The notes below the pieces were generated by a model. The model worked only from the letters and a program-made list of their open reading frames with translations. It ran no database searches and was not told the origin of the DNA. Below, piece by piece: positions 9,009 through 21,824 of a stretch of 33,810 bases of DNA (position 1 is the first letter of the stretch; each line of letters opens with the position of its first letter). A program made the position numbers and the translations under genes. This stretch comes from Spirogloea muscicola (lineage: Eukaryota). The stretch lies in assembly GCA_009602725.1 (NCBI GenBank), contig WELB01000024.1:210434-244243 (forward strand). Reading direction: 5' to 3'.

Positions 9009-12000
9009 TCACTGCGAGAAAACCCTGGCAGGGTCGATGCCTCGTGCAAACTCCTCCAGGTTGTACATCATGTGCACGACCTCGGCCATGCTCGGCCGCT
9101 GAGTGGGCTTCCACCGCGTGCACAGGAGGCCGACCTTCACAGCGGCCTCGGCGAGCTGCAGATTGTCCTCCGCCTCGCCGCCCAGCAGCCGGCTGTCAAT
9201 CACCTCCGCCCTGCCTCCCTGCTTCTGCAGCTTGAGACAAACCCAATCTGGCAGGCTCTCGGCCTCACCCATGCCGTCTGTGAACTCGCGGTCTGTCGGT
9301 GCCTTGCCAGTCAGCAGCTGCAGGAGGACGATGCCGTAGCTGAACACATCGCTCTTTGCTGTGATCCGCCCAGTCTGACCATACTCGGGGGCAAGGTAAC
9401 CAATAGTTCCTGTTTGCAGCAACCACGCAAGCAGCACAAATGGGGGTCAGAATCTAACAGTCAGAGAGGCAAGCATATGTCAGGGGCTGACAGCGACCAG
9501 ATAGGTGGAGGCGTCCCTATGCACGTCCGCACGCTTCCCCTTTTTCCCAGTCACAGATGCATTATTGATAATGCCAGGAATGCTGCGATTAACCACAGCG
9601 GCATGACATACCAGAGACGGCAGTCGACATGTGGGTCTCGTGTGGATCGATCAGCTTGGCCAGGCCAAAGTCAGAGACATGGGCCTCCATCTGCTCGTCA
9701 AGGAGGATATTGGACGGCTTGACGTCCCTGTGTACAATCCTGACCTTGCAATCCTGGTGCAGGTACTTCAGGCCCTCCGCGGCTGTGAGCGCAATCTTGT
9801 ATCTCGTTTGCCAGGTATTAAACTCGCCAGCCTGGTCGCATGAAGTCCCATGAATGAATCCAGACAGGCTGCCGCGCGGCATGTAGTCATACAGGAGTAG
9901 CCTCTCCTGGCCAAACTCAGACGAGTAGTAGCCCCTCAGAGCCACAAGGTTCTTGTGCCTTGCCTGTCCGAGCGTCTCTACCTCTGCTAAGAACTCCTTC
10001 TCGCCTTGGTCGCTCTTCATCTCCAGCTTCTTCACTGCCACCACCAGGCCCCACGCAAACGTGGCTCTGCCCATCCCAAGAAAACGTGATGCCGAGGTCA
10101 GCGACGCCGAGATGTAACGGGCGGACATCCCAAGTGTGCAGATCGTCATTAAGGCCATATGCCCTCCTCATACGACATTGAAAACCTACGGCCCACAGTA
10201 AAGAGGCAAGATCAAGGCCTGACCAGGTTCTGATTCCAGCAACGGCAAGCACCTGTAGACAGTGCCGAAGCCGCCCTTTCCGACAATGTTATCCGAGCTG
10301 AAGTCATCGGTTGCTTGGAGCAACTCCTCAAATGCAAAGCTCCTCTCCCCGGGCTTACTGAAGAGCTTGAAGTGGCCAGGCCCCTTGGCAACCCCTGCAC
10401 CTCTGGCGTCGCCATTCTGCAGGGTGCCGCTGGCCACCCTTACCATCCTGGACGGCGAGATTGGTCTGGTCACACCGCCAACCCTCTCGCTGACCATCTT
10501 CGGCCGCCTCCTGGTCCTCCACAAAATGAAGAGGAGGAGAGCAAGCAGGATGACAAAAACTGCTCCAAGAGTTGAGGCCAGTACAGCTGCCGCCGTGTTG
10601 CTATTGTCATGGTGGCGCAGGGATGGCGACGGCGGCGACAGGGACGGAGGTGGGCTGGGCGGGCAAATGGTATTGAGGGGGGGGCCACAGAGATATGGGT
10701 TGTGTGCAAAGGACGAGTTTGAGAAAATTGTGAAATTGTTCTGCGGAATTGGGCCCGAGAAGTTGTTGTAGGACAAGTCGAGGTACTGCAGGAAGGCCAA
10801 TCTTGAGAGGCTCTCAGGCAAGTAACCTGCGCACACAATAGCCAAGGGCAACAGTAAACAAGGAGGAGCACCTGGAAGAGGATATAACAATCCCCCTGCT
10901 TGGAGGGAAGCACTTTGCGCCAGGGCCCACAAGGTCAGCGCTAAAGAACAGAAGCATAATCAGCAGCGTGCTGCAACAGAGCTGCAACATCCCAGTAATG
11001 CATCCCAGCCCTGCAGTGGTCGATTAAGTCAGCCACTGTGCAGAAAAAGGTTCAATCCCTCACCGCCCAGGTGGTTATGGGCAAGGTCCAGCCTCTGAAG
11101 AGAGAGGAGCTGCCCATAATCATCTGGAATGCTGCCTTTCAGCAGATTTTGTCCAAGGAGTAGAGCGTTCAAGTTGACCAGATTTGAGAGCTGGCGGGGC
11201 AACCGGCCATGCAGAGCATTCTGAGCAAAATTGAGGAAAGAGAGGTGATGGAGGTAGGCCAGTGTTGTGGGCAGACTGCCTGCAATCTGGTTCTCCGAGA
11301 TGTCCAAGGAGAGAAGGGATGTCAGGTTGCCCAAGGATGGCGGGACAAGCCCCGTCAACGAATTGCCACCGAGATCAAGAAAGAGGAGGCTGAGGCAGCC
11401 GCCCAGCTGCATTGGAATCGTGCCGCTCAAGAGGTTTCCTCGAAGATTCAGCTGATTGAGATTAATCAGTTGCCCTAGCTGTTAAGATAACAGATGCAAT
11501 ACAAGGCCAGTCCAAGTGTGCTGTCAGTGTCCCCGATAGTTCAGAATTGCTCAGATATAACTGGGTCAGTAGTGTCTGCTGTGTGAATGTCTATCTCGCT
11601 GCCATAACCTGCTGTTATCAGCCTTGTGAGAGCTTTAGGAGAGTAGGCCATTTGTGCATGATCTCAAATCAAGCATCATGCAACAATTGAAGCAATGGAT
11701 GCGTCCTTCCCATTCAGAGGGCGCATACCCTAGTGGGAATTGAAGAAGTGATTCGATTAAAGTTCAGGCCGAGCTGCTGCAGAGCAGAACAGTCTCCAAG
11801 TTGCTCTGGGAGAGGCCCAGTCAGGCGATTGTTATCTAGGATGAGCATCTGGAGGTTTGACAACTTCCCAAGCTCAGCTGGAAGGTGGCCATCAAGACTG
11901 TTCAGCAGGGCGACGGAGTAAGTCAGAGAGCACCTTGACTATCAGACACAGGGACCCTGCTTGCTGAGAATCCGATTTTGATTCCATGTATGGACACACT

Positions 12001-15000
12001 CAAAGTACATGCAAGCAAGGTCACATGTGCAGCAGACAGTCAAGTCATGCTTGCAAGCTCAGCAACTGTGGCATCCATTTGTTGTGAGAATGGCATACCG
12101 GTTGCCACCAAAGTCAAGGACAAGCATGTTTGAGCACGAAGTAACCCCGACTGGGAAAGGACCCGAGAAATTGTTGTTGCTCAGCTTCAGGATCGTGAGG
12201 TTGTGCAACAACGTAAAGTCAAGAGAGATTTGCCCAGATAACATATTGGAATGAAGGTCCAAAACCTGCAACACGACCACAGGAGGATCTTAGGCACACC
12301 GGCCTAGCTCATGGAACTTTGACACAGTCACACAATAGGCCTGGTCATCACAGTACTGCACGTTGCCAAGCTTCTGGGAGAGGTCTTGTTGCAACTCTGA
12401 GCTTTGGGTTTCAAGTCTCTTGCTGATGACTGACTCTGCCAGAGCAACTAAGCTGATGGAAAATGGAGTGAAAGTGACAGGACCTGAAGAAAGCGGCAGT
12501 TTGCAAGTGCCAGAGGGATGCTGCCTGTCAAGCTATTGTTGAAGAGGTACACGTACTCAAGGAGGGGCAGGTTCCCAAGCTCAGCAGGAATCTGCCCCTC
12601 CAAGAGATTGTTCCCAAGTTCCAGAGACACCAGACCGCTGCAGTTGCCGAGCTCAGGCGGGATGCTCCCGTTCAGGTTGTTGTTCAGGAGGAACAGAAGC
12701 TGCAGGTCTTGAAGGTTGGCCAGCTCAACCGGAAGCGGGCCGGAGAGGGAGTTGTTGCTGGCCACGAAGGAGTTGAGGGATGTGCAGTTGCCCAGCTCTG
12801 GTGGTATAGGGCCTGACAGTTGATTCCTGAGCAATGCACACGACGCGCTGCTGAGTGAGTCACATTCTACCAGAGATCAAGCACAGTGGTTGCATCAAAG
12901 GGAGGATAATTTTGCTTGAGCAGTGCAAGTTAGGGATGGTGGTAGCGAGGATATGATGTCTCGATGAGGAGGCATCGCCATCGTTCGTGTATTGTGGGCA
13001 GGCAGGGAATGCTCGCTCACCCGCCAACGTCCAAGATGACGAGCAGCTGCAGCAGGCCCAGCTCCTTCGGAATCTGACCCGTGAGGCCGTTGGTGGACAG
13101 GCCGAGGGACCTGAGCTGGGAGCAGTTGCCAAGCTCTGGGGGGATCTCCCCCTCCAGGTTGTTGACAACGAGGGAGAGGTCCTCCAGGTTGGACAGCCTG
13201 CCAAAGCTCGGCGGGATGGGGCCGCCCATGCCGTTGGAGGCCAGGTCGAGGCGCTGCAGAGATGTGCAGTTCCCGAGCTCCGAGGGCAGGCCATCGGAGA
13301 GGTAGTTGTGCGAGACGACGAGAGTCTGGAGGCTCTGGAGCTGTCCAAAGGACGCCGGGATGGCCCCGTTGAAGCCATTGTACGAGACTTGCAAGAGCTG
13401 CAGCGAGGAGCAGTTGCCGAGCTCCCCTGGAAGGGGCTCTCCTCCCAGCAGGTTCTGGGAAAGAGTCAGGGACTGCAAGGACTGCAGGTTGCCGAATGTG
13501 CGAGGGATGTTGCCGGTCAGAGAGTTGTTGCTCAGGTCCACGGTGGTGAGGTTGGCGCAGCTCCCCAGCGTTGCCGGGATTGGTCCTTCGAGCAGGTTGC
13601 TGCCAATGGAGGAGTGTGCGAGGATCAGCAGCAGACATGCAAATCTAAATGCTTGTAATTCTGCACTCATTGTGGACTGTAAAGTGCACACCACCTGTAA
13701 CAACTCAATTCAGGAATCCCAACAAGCCTGCTCATCGAGCTAGTAGATTCTGGAGGCATATGCCCGTCTAGCTCATGGCAGCCGTGCGCCGGCAGCAATT
13801 ACAGGATACCGACCCTGTCAGAAGAAGCTCAGTGAGTCCAATGCAGGAGCCAATGGTGTCGGGGATTGGCCGGTTGAGAGCGTTGTTGCTGAGGTCCAGG
13901 ACCTGCAAGCAGCACAGGACTTGTCTTTTAGTAACGTCTGCACCATTCGCGGGTATACATCAATTGGGCCCATGAACAGGCCCAAACGTGGAGCAAGCTG
14001 CCTTGCCAGAGAGAAGGGTCGAGCAGGTGTGAAGGGCTGCCAGGGAGGACACCAACCTCTAGTCTGTGGAGTTGGCCAACTGCTTCCGGGATGGACCCGT
14101 TGAGAGAGTTGAGGCTGAGGAGCAGGGACTGGAGGGCAGGCAGCTGAAAGAGCGCCTCCGGAAGTGGTCCAGTTAGGGAGTTGTTGGCCAGGTTGATGTT
14201 GACTGCCAGGCGCAGGTTGCCGAGCTGTGCAGGGATGGGGCCTGAGAAGAAGTTGCTGCACAGCCCCGGAGCTCGCGGCGCGGCAGCGGTGTCAGGAGCC
14301 GGGACTACGAAGGGGTCCAGCATCCAGCTCGCAGGCGACTGGCTGAAGGCCCTTGCACAAGCGAGCCGCCGAAAGCCCACGCCTGTTGGCCCTGGAAGCC
14401 TTTACTACATGAGCAGTCAGCAGCCGAGCCGGGAGGGCAGGGACGCGGGCCTGCTCACTTGCTGAGGTCGAGCGTGACCAGATGGCTGAGGTCGCCGAGC
14501 GCCGGCGAGAGGTGCCCCGCCAGCTGCGCGCCGGTGAGGTTGAGGCCCGACACGGGGTGGTTCAGGTGCCGCACCGCAGCCGGGCTGCAGGCCACGCCGA
14601 TCCACCTGCCGCGCCGCCAGGCATGCCCAAGCCAGAGCTCGAGGCCGTCGTCAGCTGCACAGCAGCCAGTGCTGGCCTGGCTGCGCCTGCCCAAGAGTTG
14701 CCCCGCTGCTCCACCACTCTGCGCCCTTGCCCTGCCTCCCAGCGCCACTGCTCGCGAGTGCTGCTGGAGCCGCCCCAGGTGCGCACTCGAGGCTGGCCTC
14801 TCTCAGCTGGCGCAATGGCAGCTCTCCTCGTGGCCCTGCTTGCGCCGGTGAGCTGAGCTCGGCGCACCGGCCGGCCCTCCAGACGGGCACCTCGCGGCCC
14901 GGGTTCTGGGTTCTGGCCAGCCGGGCGGCCATGCCTTCCCCGCAGCCCCTTCAGAGGAGGCTGCGGCCCGGAGCCCGCGCCCGGTGCCCCGCCCGGCCAG

Positions 15001-15157
15001 CGCGTCGCGTCGCCGCCATGGCGGCGGGCTGGACGCTCTGTGCGAGCCCAAGCCGAGGTGGAAAGGCGGCGGCATTGGGCTCTCACCCGCAGGGCGCGTC
15101 CACCTGGTTCACGTCCCAGTTGCCGAGCTGCCCGCGCGGGTCGCCGGCGACGGCCGC
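9009..15157 (-). CDS. Leucine-rich-repeat receptor-like Ser/Thr kinase (~30 LRRs, TM, RD kinase), 5'-partial
   Basis: N-cap GDPRGQLGNWDVNQVDAPCG/WIGVAC (exons 15157-15087 and 14605-14459). About 30 plant-type LxxLxLxxNxLxGxIP repeats. C-cap NPYLCGPPLNTIC, a Ser/Pro stalk, and TM AAAVLASTLGAVFVILLALLLFILW. Kinase motifs GKGGFGTVY, VAVKKL, EFLAEVETLG, HRDVKPSNILL, DFGLAK, GTIGYLAPEY, KSDVFSYG, RPSMAEV; stop at 9009. The signal-peptide exon is presumably lost in the gap. Confidence 0.95.
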
Positions 15158-15246
15158 CTGCGGGGGGGAGAGGCGCGAGGGAGGCCGTCAGCGGGGCGAG
15201 CAGCGGGGAGCGGCGGGGCAAAGCCGGCGGCGGCGGCGGCGGAGGG

Positions 15247-15604
<358 letters not shown>

Positions 15605-15754
15605 ACTCCCTCCTTTCCATTGTCCTTCTGCCTTTGCGCTTTCGCACGCACGCACAGTCGCTCGCCGCCAACTCCTCGGCCAGTCACTCATCAGACATCC
15701 ACTGACTCCTGCACTCCCGCCCGCTTGGCTCGGCCGCGCGTGTGGTGCAAGCAG

Positions 15755-18700
15755 ACACCAAGATCGACTGGGACGCGTACATGGCCCAGGTGGACGGCTT
15801 CCTGGCCGGCGAGCGCGACTACAGCCGCCTGCGCGGCGACACCGGCCCGCTCGTCTACCCCGCCGGCTTCCTCTACGCCTTCGCCGCCCTCCGGCGCCTC
15901 ACCGCCGGCGCCGCCGCCCCCGCGCAGGTGCCCCGCTTGCTCCCAGCGAGCTCCTCCTGCCCCACAGTGCCGTGGAGCGCTGGACAGCCGCTGAGGCGCG
16001 GCTGGGGGCAGGGCGCCGCGTGCGTGGCCAGGTCCTCTTCGCGGCGCTCTATCTGGCCACCGAGGCGCTCGTGCTCCTGATCTACGCCCGCGCACGCGTG
16101 GTGCGCCCCGCTTGCCCACTCCGTGCACCCATCTTGGCTGATGGCTTCTGGTTATACATCAGAATCTAAGTACATGTATATATATGTTTGTAACAGGACT
16201 GCACCAGCAAATGCTCATGCGATTGCTCAAAGAACAGCACTCAGCTCCGCATAGGCTTGGCATGGTAGCCGTCAGTAGGAACTTGTGCCCCTGTAGCTGC
16301 CGCTCTCTTATTGCCGTTTCCACGCTCAAATAGTCTACAAGGGGGCAGCTCCAAGGCCGGCTCTTGGGCCAAAGCTGCTGCTTCCGCGTGTCAGAGTAGC
16401 TGACTCCGTCCTTGCGCTGCTCCAGGTCCCGCCCTGGGCGCTGGTGCTGCTCAGCCTGTCCAAGAGGATGCACTCCATCTACGTCCTGCGCCTCTTCAAC
16501 GACTGCGTGGCCATGGCCCTCCTGTACACGGCCGTTGCCGTCCTCCAGCGGCGGAGCTGGAACCTTGGCCTCACCATATTCAGGCACCGACTCACGGCCG
16601 TCTCGTTTTGTCACTTTTACAGCAATCTTGGTTCTACTGTCCAGCCGGGTAGCTAAGTGTAGACTCGATTGCTGGACAGGCTGCTGACTGGTCTGCTCTG
16701 TGCTTGTTGGCATAGCTCCAAGCGAACGTTTCGAGCCTTGCTCACCAGGCTAGTTTAGGACTCAGAATCTGTATAATCAACTGGGGTTGGGCATGTTGCC
16801 CCGCGGGCCATGCACTGCTCCTGTCGACAAGCTTCTGAACCTCTCGTCGGTCTTCAGCGCAGGCGTGTCCGTTAAGATGAACGTCCTCCTCTTTGCACCC
16901 CCCCTGCAGCTTCTGCTCCTCAAGGTGGGCACCATTTGGCAGGCAATCAGGCAAGAGTGTGCTTTGTGGTGCTCGACCTTTACCTGCTCGACTGTGGCCG
17001 TTGGCCACTGAAGGAGCACTGTTGCAGGGCAGGCAGCACATGGTGTGCCCCAAGTCTGGCTTTCTAAAGCTGCACCGTGGTGGACATCTGCAGGGCATGC
17101 CTTGGCTGAAGACCATCATTGCAATCAGCTGTGCAGCAGTTGTTCAGGTAAGAACTCCTCAATAAGGTGATGGTGTCACCTGCACTGTGAGCTTGGCTGA
17201 ATCACCGGCAACTCGTCCTACTTGACTCCTATGTGTACTTAGAGAGAGCCTGCTGGTGCTATACATGCAGATATATTGCGTCATGCTTGCCTCATTATAC
17301 AGCTGTGCACCTCATGGTAGTAACCCGGGGGTGCGGCAGCGACCCTACCCACCAGTGCTTTAACACGGGCTTCATGGCTGGCAGCTGCTGCTGGGGCTTC
17401 CATTTCTGTGGCATGATGCTAAGCAGTATCTGACTAAAGCTTTTGACCTGGGGCGCATCTTCATACACCACTGGTGAGCCATGCAGAAACCTCAGCCTGT
17501 GCCTTCTCCAAAGCTACATGTCATGCACCTCTCCTGGAAAATGCAACCGTTGCGCAAGCTGATCTTCACAATCTGCTTACTGCATTGCTTAGTGTGTTTG
17601 CGCAAGCTTGCTCAGCTTGACACTGATTGCATACCTCGAGTGAGCTCCCAGTGATGCTCGGACAGTATGTCGTGTTTGACTGACAGCCATTTGGTGTCTT
17701 GCAGGTCTGTGAACTTCAAATTTGTGCCCGAGGATGTCTTTGTCTCGAAGGCGTTCGCCATGGCCCTGCTCGGGCTACATCTCTCCTTGCTCTTCGTCTT
17801 TGCAAAATACCGCTGGTGCCTGTAAGAGCCTACTTGACACAGACTTGCTTCAGCGGCAGGGGCTGGCACTTGCAGCTGGCCACATTTGGGTTATGGAATC
17901 CTGATGCCCACTTTATATGCATGCATGTCCTCGCAAATAGGCATGAAGGAGGCATACTTCCAGCTATTGGAGCTGCAGGAGCGGCAGGAAGCTCAATAAG
18001 GAAGGCAGGCCGCAAGTCAAACATGTTCGAAGAGCACAAGGCTGCGCCTGCAGCCTCGCGTCTGCCGAAAAGGGCACCGCTGACCGCAGAGCGTGCGTGC
18101 ACACCTCCCGCATGGTGGCCTCTTGCTGAGTTTTCCCGTGTCGAGTGTAGGACATTGTGCAGCACGTACTGTCAGTCGCAGGCGTTTTGCACGTTTGCAG
18201 ATTACTGCTACCACCCTCTTTGAGCATGTTCAGCTCTGCAGCTACTTGAGGATGGGGGGCTGCGGCAGCTTCATTTCTGACATACACCCTGAACACCTTG
18301 GCAAACCCCACTTGCCGCTGCATGCAGATATCACAACTGTGCTGTTCTGTGGAAACTTCATTGGGATAGTCTGCGCCCGCAGTTTGCACTACCAATTTTA
18401 CTCCTGGTAAGTGCCAATGCAGAGCCCTTGCTTTCCATTGTTGTCAAGATTGTTGTGCCCTCGATTTGATCAGTCCTGCTAGCTTGATCAGCTCTCTAAA
18501 CACAGCGTGTGAGCACCGGGCCGTCAGTCAATAGCCACTGATAGTACATATGATGGCGCCTGTCCTGTAATATAGGCTGCATGCGAAGTCTTCATATTGA
18601 TCGCCTGTTTTGTCGCTGTTGTCCTGCTTTCTGTTGCCTTTCTTCGTCTTCCTAGCACTTTGATAGGATGAGTGTCTGATTGGTTCTTTGAGTGAAAGGG

Positions 18701-19289
18701 TATTTCACGCCACGTGCACTATCAGATTCTGCTGATGGGGCCTTATGTTGAACAAATAGGGTGTGCTTGGTACTGTGGGTAGTGCCTGCCATTGCTCAAG
18801 GTGATGGAAGTCACTTGACGCAGTTGGCTCATTTCAACTTTCTGCACATGTGGTGCAGGTACTTCCATACAATCCCGTACCTACTGTGGAGAACAGATTA
18901 CAGGACTCCTCTGAGGTCCAACAACTCCACCCTACTCTCTGTCAGAATCTGTAGTAGCTATGGCACTAATAACTGGGGTGATGGCAGAAAGCCTACACAG
19001 GTCTCTGCACCTTCAGCTCTCAGCACTCTGCAGAGCGGGGGTGCAAGCGACGATGTCTTTGGCCATGTCGTCCTTTGCGTCCTGCTTTCAAGCATGCCTG
19101 ATTAGCACCTTCTGATCTTTGTGCAGACTTGGGCTATGGTTGGTGATTGAGATATGCTGGAATATTTACCCCTCAACTCCATACTCGTCAATGGCATTAC
19201 TTGTTTGCCACCTTGTCATCCTTTGTGGTTTGTGGTGGAAGGATATGGATTATCCTTATCAAATACACAGAGAGGACTCTGAAAGGTGA
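15755..19289 (+). CDS. ALG3: Dol-P-Man:Man5GlcNAc2-PP-Dol alpha-1,3-mannosyltransferase, 5'-partial
   Basis: Spliced motifs [12 protein letters not shown]...[120 protein letters not shown]. Stop TGA at 19287-19289; 11 exons visible. Confidence 0.97.
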
Positions 19290-19985
19290 CTGGAGCATGT
19301 CCTTGTACAATTGCGTACAGCCTCATGGCCATAACCTTTGTGCAATGCAACGCTACCACCAAACTTGTGATCCAGCCCTCTAGACAATTTGCATGTATCA
19401 GTGTGCCTATGTTGTCGGTCACATATACAATCTGGGCATGCTGCATGAGACTCTACGAGGCATGTGTGCAATGGTACGGCACTCATGAGACGAGATCACC
19501 AACACGTGGTCATCAGTGTTACTTTGGTAACACCATCTGATCCGTGTGCATCGTCACTAGATTGCTTGGCTGGCAAAACACATGGAGTGCTCCATGCTCC
19601 TCTTCAGCAGAGCCATCAAATCTAACCACCACTAGGACGGCGGTGACTAAGAAAAGCAAAGCTGAATGGTACGCCCATCCTCCTTACGGAAGACTGGACT
19701 AGCAGTCTACCTTCCTACCTTAACTGTGTGGGATGTATGAGCTCTGTAGCTCATGGTAAAGAATTGATTAAGCTACCCTTTGATGCCCTAGCATCATTGC
19801 TAGCATCTCTAGGTGAAAAAGAAAAGATGACAAATATTAGACTAAAGTGGTGGGCAACACGCAACTCCAAGTAACCCAGTAGCGCAGCTGCGGTCAGCAC
19901 TGCACACTAGTGGTGTGATGTGGCCAAGCCAAACATAGCAGAGATAACCTCGCGGACTTGGCCACTAGGGAGAGTATGATGATCA

Positions 19986-21824
19986 TCAATGCACAGGTGC
20001 CCGTTGTGGAATACCTTTTCTTCGACTTAGTGAAACTTGGCTCATGCTTAATGGGCTCAACAAAACCGTCTTGGCACCAAAGCTCCCTATGAAGTTCCCA
20101 CATGAACGACTACTGCGAATCTTCTTGGGAGCTGGCGAGCTCTTGTGCCCTCGTCTACAATCTGCCATAACAGGCAGGCGGAAATTCAGTCCTGCCGAAC
20201 ATGTATGCTGCCTACTTCAGCAGGCTCACCACCATAGCATGCTGGCTGGCATGTTTCTTGGTCCAAGCAATTTGGCGAAATAAATAGTGATTTCATTGGT
20301 AGGAAAGGGTTGCAACAATTGTGGCAGTCTCAGACCTGCGAAAGTGTCGATGTGGAGCAGTGATGATGAGCACGAAGATTGCTGTGCACGCACTTCATCC
20401 ATCTCTGAGGTTTCAACCTCAGTTAGTCCTTCTCCTGAGCTGTCGTCAAAACTATGTTTGATTTGCTTGAGGATGGACGGAGACAAGGATCGGATGTCAC
20501 AACTGATGTTCGGCATCGAGTTGCATCGGGCCAACAATTGTGCAAGATCAGCGCCAGAACTTCCAAGCGCATCCACCTGATGAAAGAACAGGAACCCATC
20601 TGTTGAGTGTTTGCAGGATAGAGCACACCACATCTCCACGCTAATGCCGACCACAAATGTGTCTCAGCGAACCATGCAGCTAAATCTTGTAGCTGCTAGT
20701 GACTTTCTAGCATAGGAAAGCAGATTCGAGGCGGTTGGTCTCCACACCTTACAGCAGACGGAGCAGTATCTGTAGGCCTCCTGCAGTGATCGATCACAAG
20801 TACCACACGCATTGCCCATTCCCTTTGAGGGCCGTGGTTGAGGCCTCTGATTCAAGAAGACCACCCTTGCGCTGTTGATTATATATGTCTGCAACAGGTG
20901 TTGTTGCCAAGGTGAAGATTGTCAAGCAAGATGACGGAGCTGCCTGACAGAAACTAAGGCAGACTTTGGGCAATGACCTTCATCAAGAGCAGGACATAAC
21001 GAATTGACTGAGCACCAGTTGACTGAGCGGAGATATGCAGTCCGGATGTTACGTCAAACTTTGCCTCTCACAAATGCAGCTCCGGCTGTCTGAGCCACGC
21101 CTTACCTGCACACCCGAGCAGTCTACTAGCTTCTGTATATCTTGCAGTCGCACGACATCGTGATATACATATCTTCGTACCTGCATTTGCGGGGCATCGG
21201 TCAGTGATTACCAGGCAGGCAAGCAGTCAGCTAGATTGTCTCCACTACCAATTGACAGCTGGAGGGCAGAGCCTGCAGGGACAAATATGAGCGGCAGCCA
21301 GAGGAGGACCCAAATTTGGCAGCTTGGACTGCTACTTGCAGCTCAGGACGTCAATTCCACAGCAGATCGCAATTCCGCAGCTGCAAGCATGACCAGGAGG
21401 CCATCAGCTCCACCAGCTCCAGCTGCGAGAGCTCAATCAGAAGAGGGAAGGGTCTGACACCTGCATGAGGTGGTGGCAGCGGTGCAGGTGCACGCAGTGC
21501 TGGCACAGGCCAAGGCAGCAGTCGACGCAGTAGATGTTGCGCTCATTCTTCTTCGCGTTGGCGTGCTTGTGGCAGGCGGAGAAGAACTTGGCGGTGAGCA
21601 GGCCGTCCAGCCAGTCCGGCCTGACCAGGAGCGGCTGGAGGGTGTAACCGACCTGCGAGACGAGCGACAGCGCGCAGCGGGGAGGCCGGAAATCCGTCAA
21701 TTCGAGCTGCGATCTGCCACTGAAGGGGCCTCGACGCATCGCTGCTGGCGAAGGCAGTGACTTGGCGACGAGCAGCGGCTGATTGCCGAGGCAGCAGGAG
21801 CGCAGCGGGAGGCGATCATACCAT
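19986..21824 (-). CDS. PLATZ: PLATZ zinc-dependent DNA-binding transcription factor
   Basis: Exons 21824-21822 (ATG), 21652-21461, 21180-21106, 20888-20748, 20576-20336, 20161-19986. Translation: PDWLDGLL..KFFSACHKH...KKNERNIYCVDC...CQHC...H..HHLMQVRRYVYHDVVR...DCSGVQTYIINSARVVFLNQRPQ...NACGTCDRSLQEAYRYCSVCCKV...SRRKGIPQRAP. Confidence 0.96.

Noticed and set aside
12860..14932. Long alternative-frame and antisense ORFs over GC-rich exons
   Set aside because: These are shadows of GC3-rich LRR-RLK coding sequence with no independent motifs. The same applies to ORFs overlapping VPS41 and the first gene.
21812..21823. 5S rRNA-like GCGATCATACCA
   Set aside because: Only 12 nt match, and it is the reverse complement of the PLATZ ATG and splice donor.
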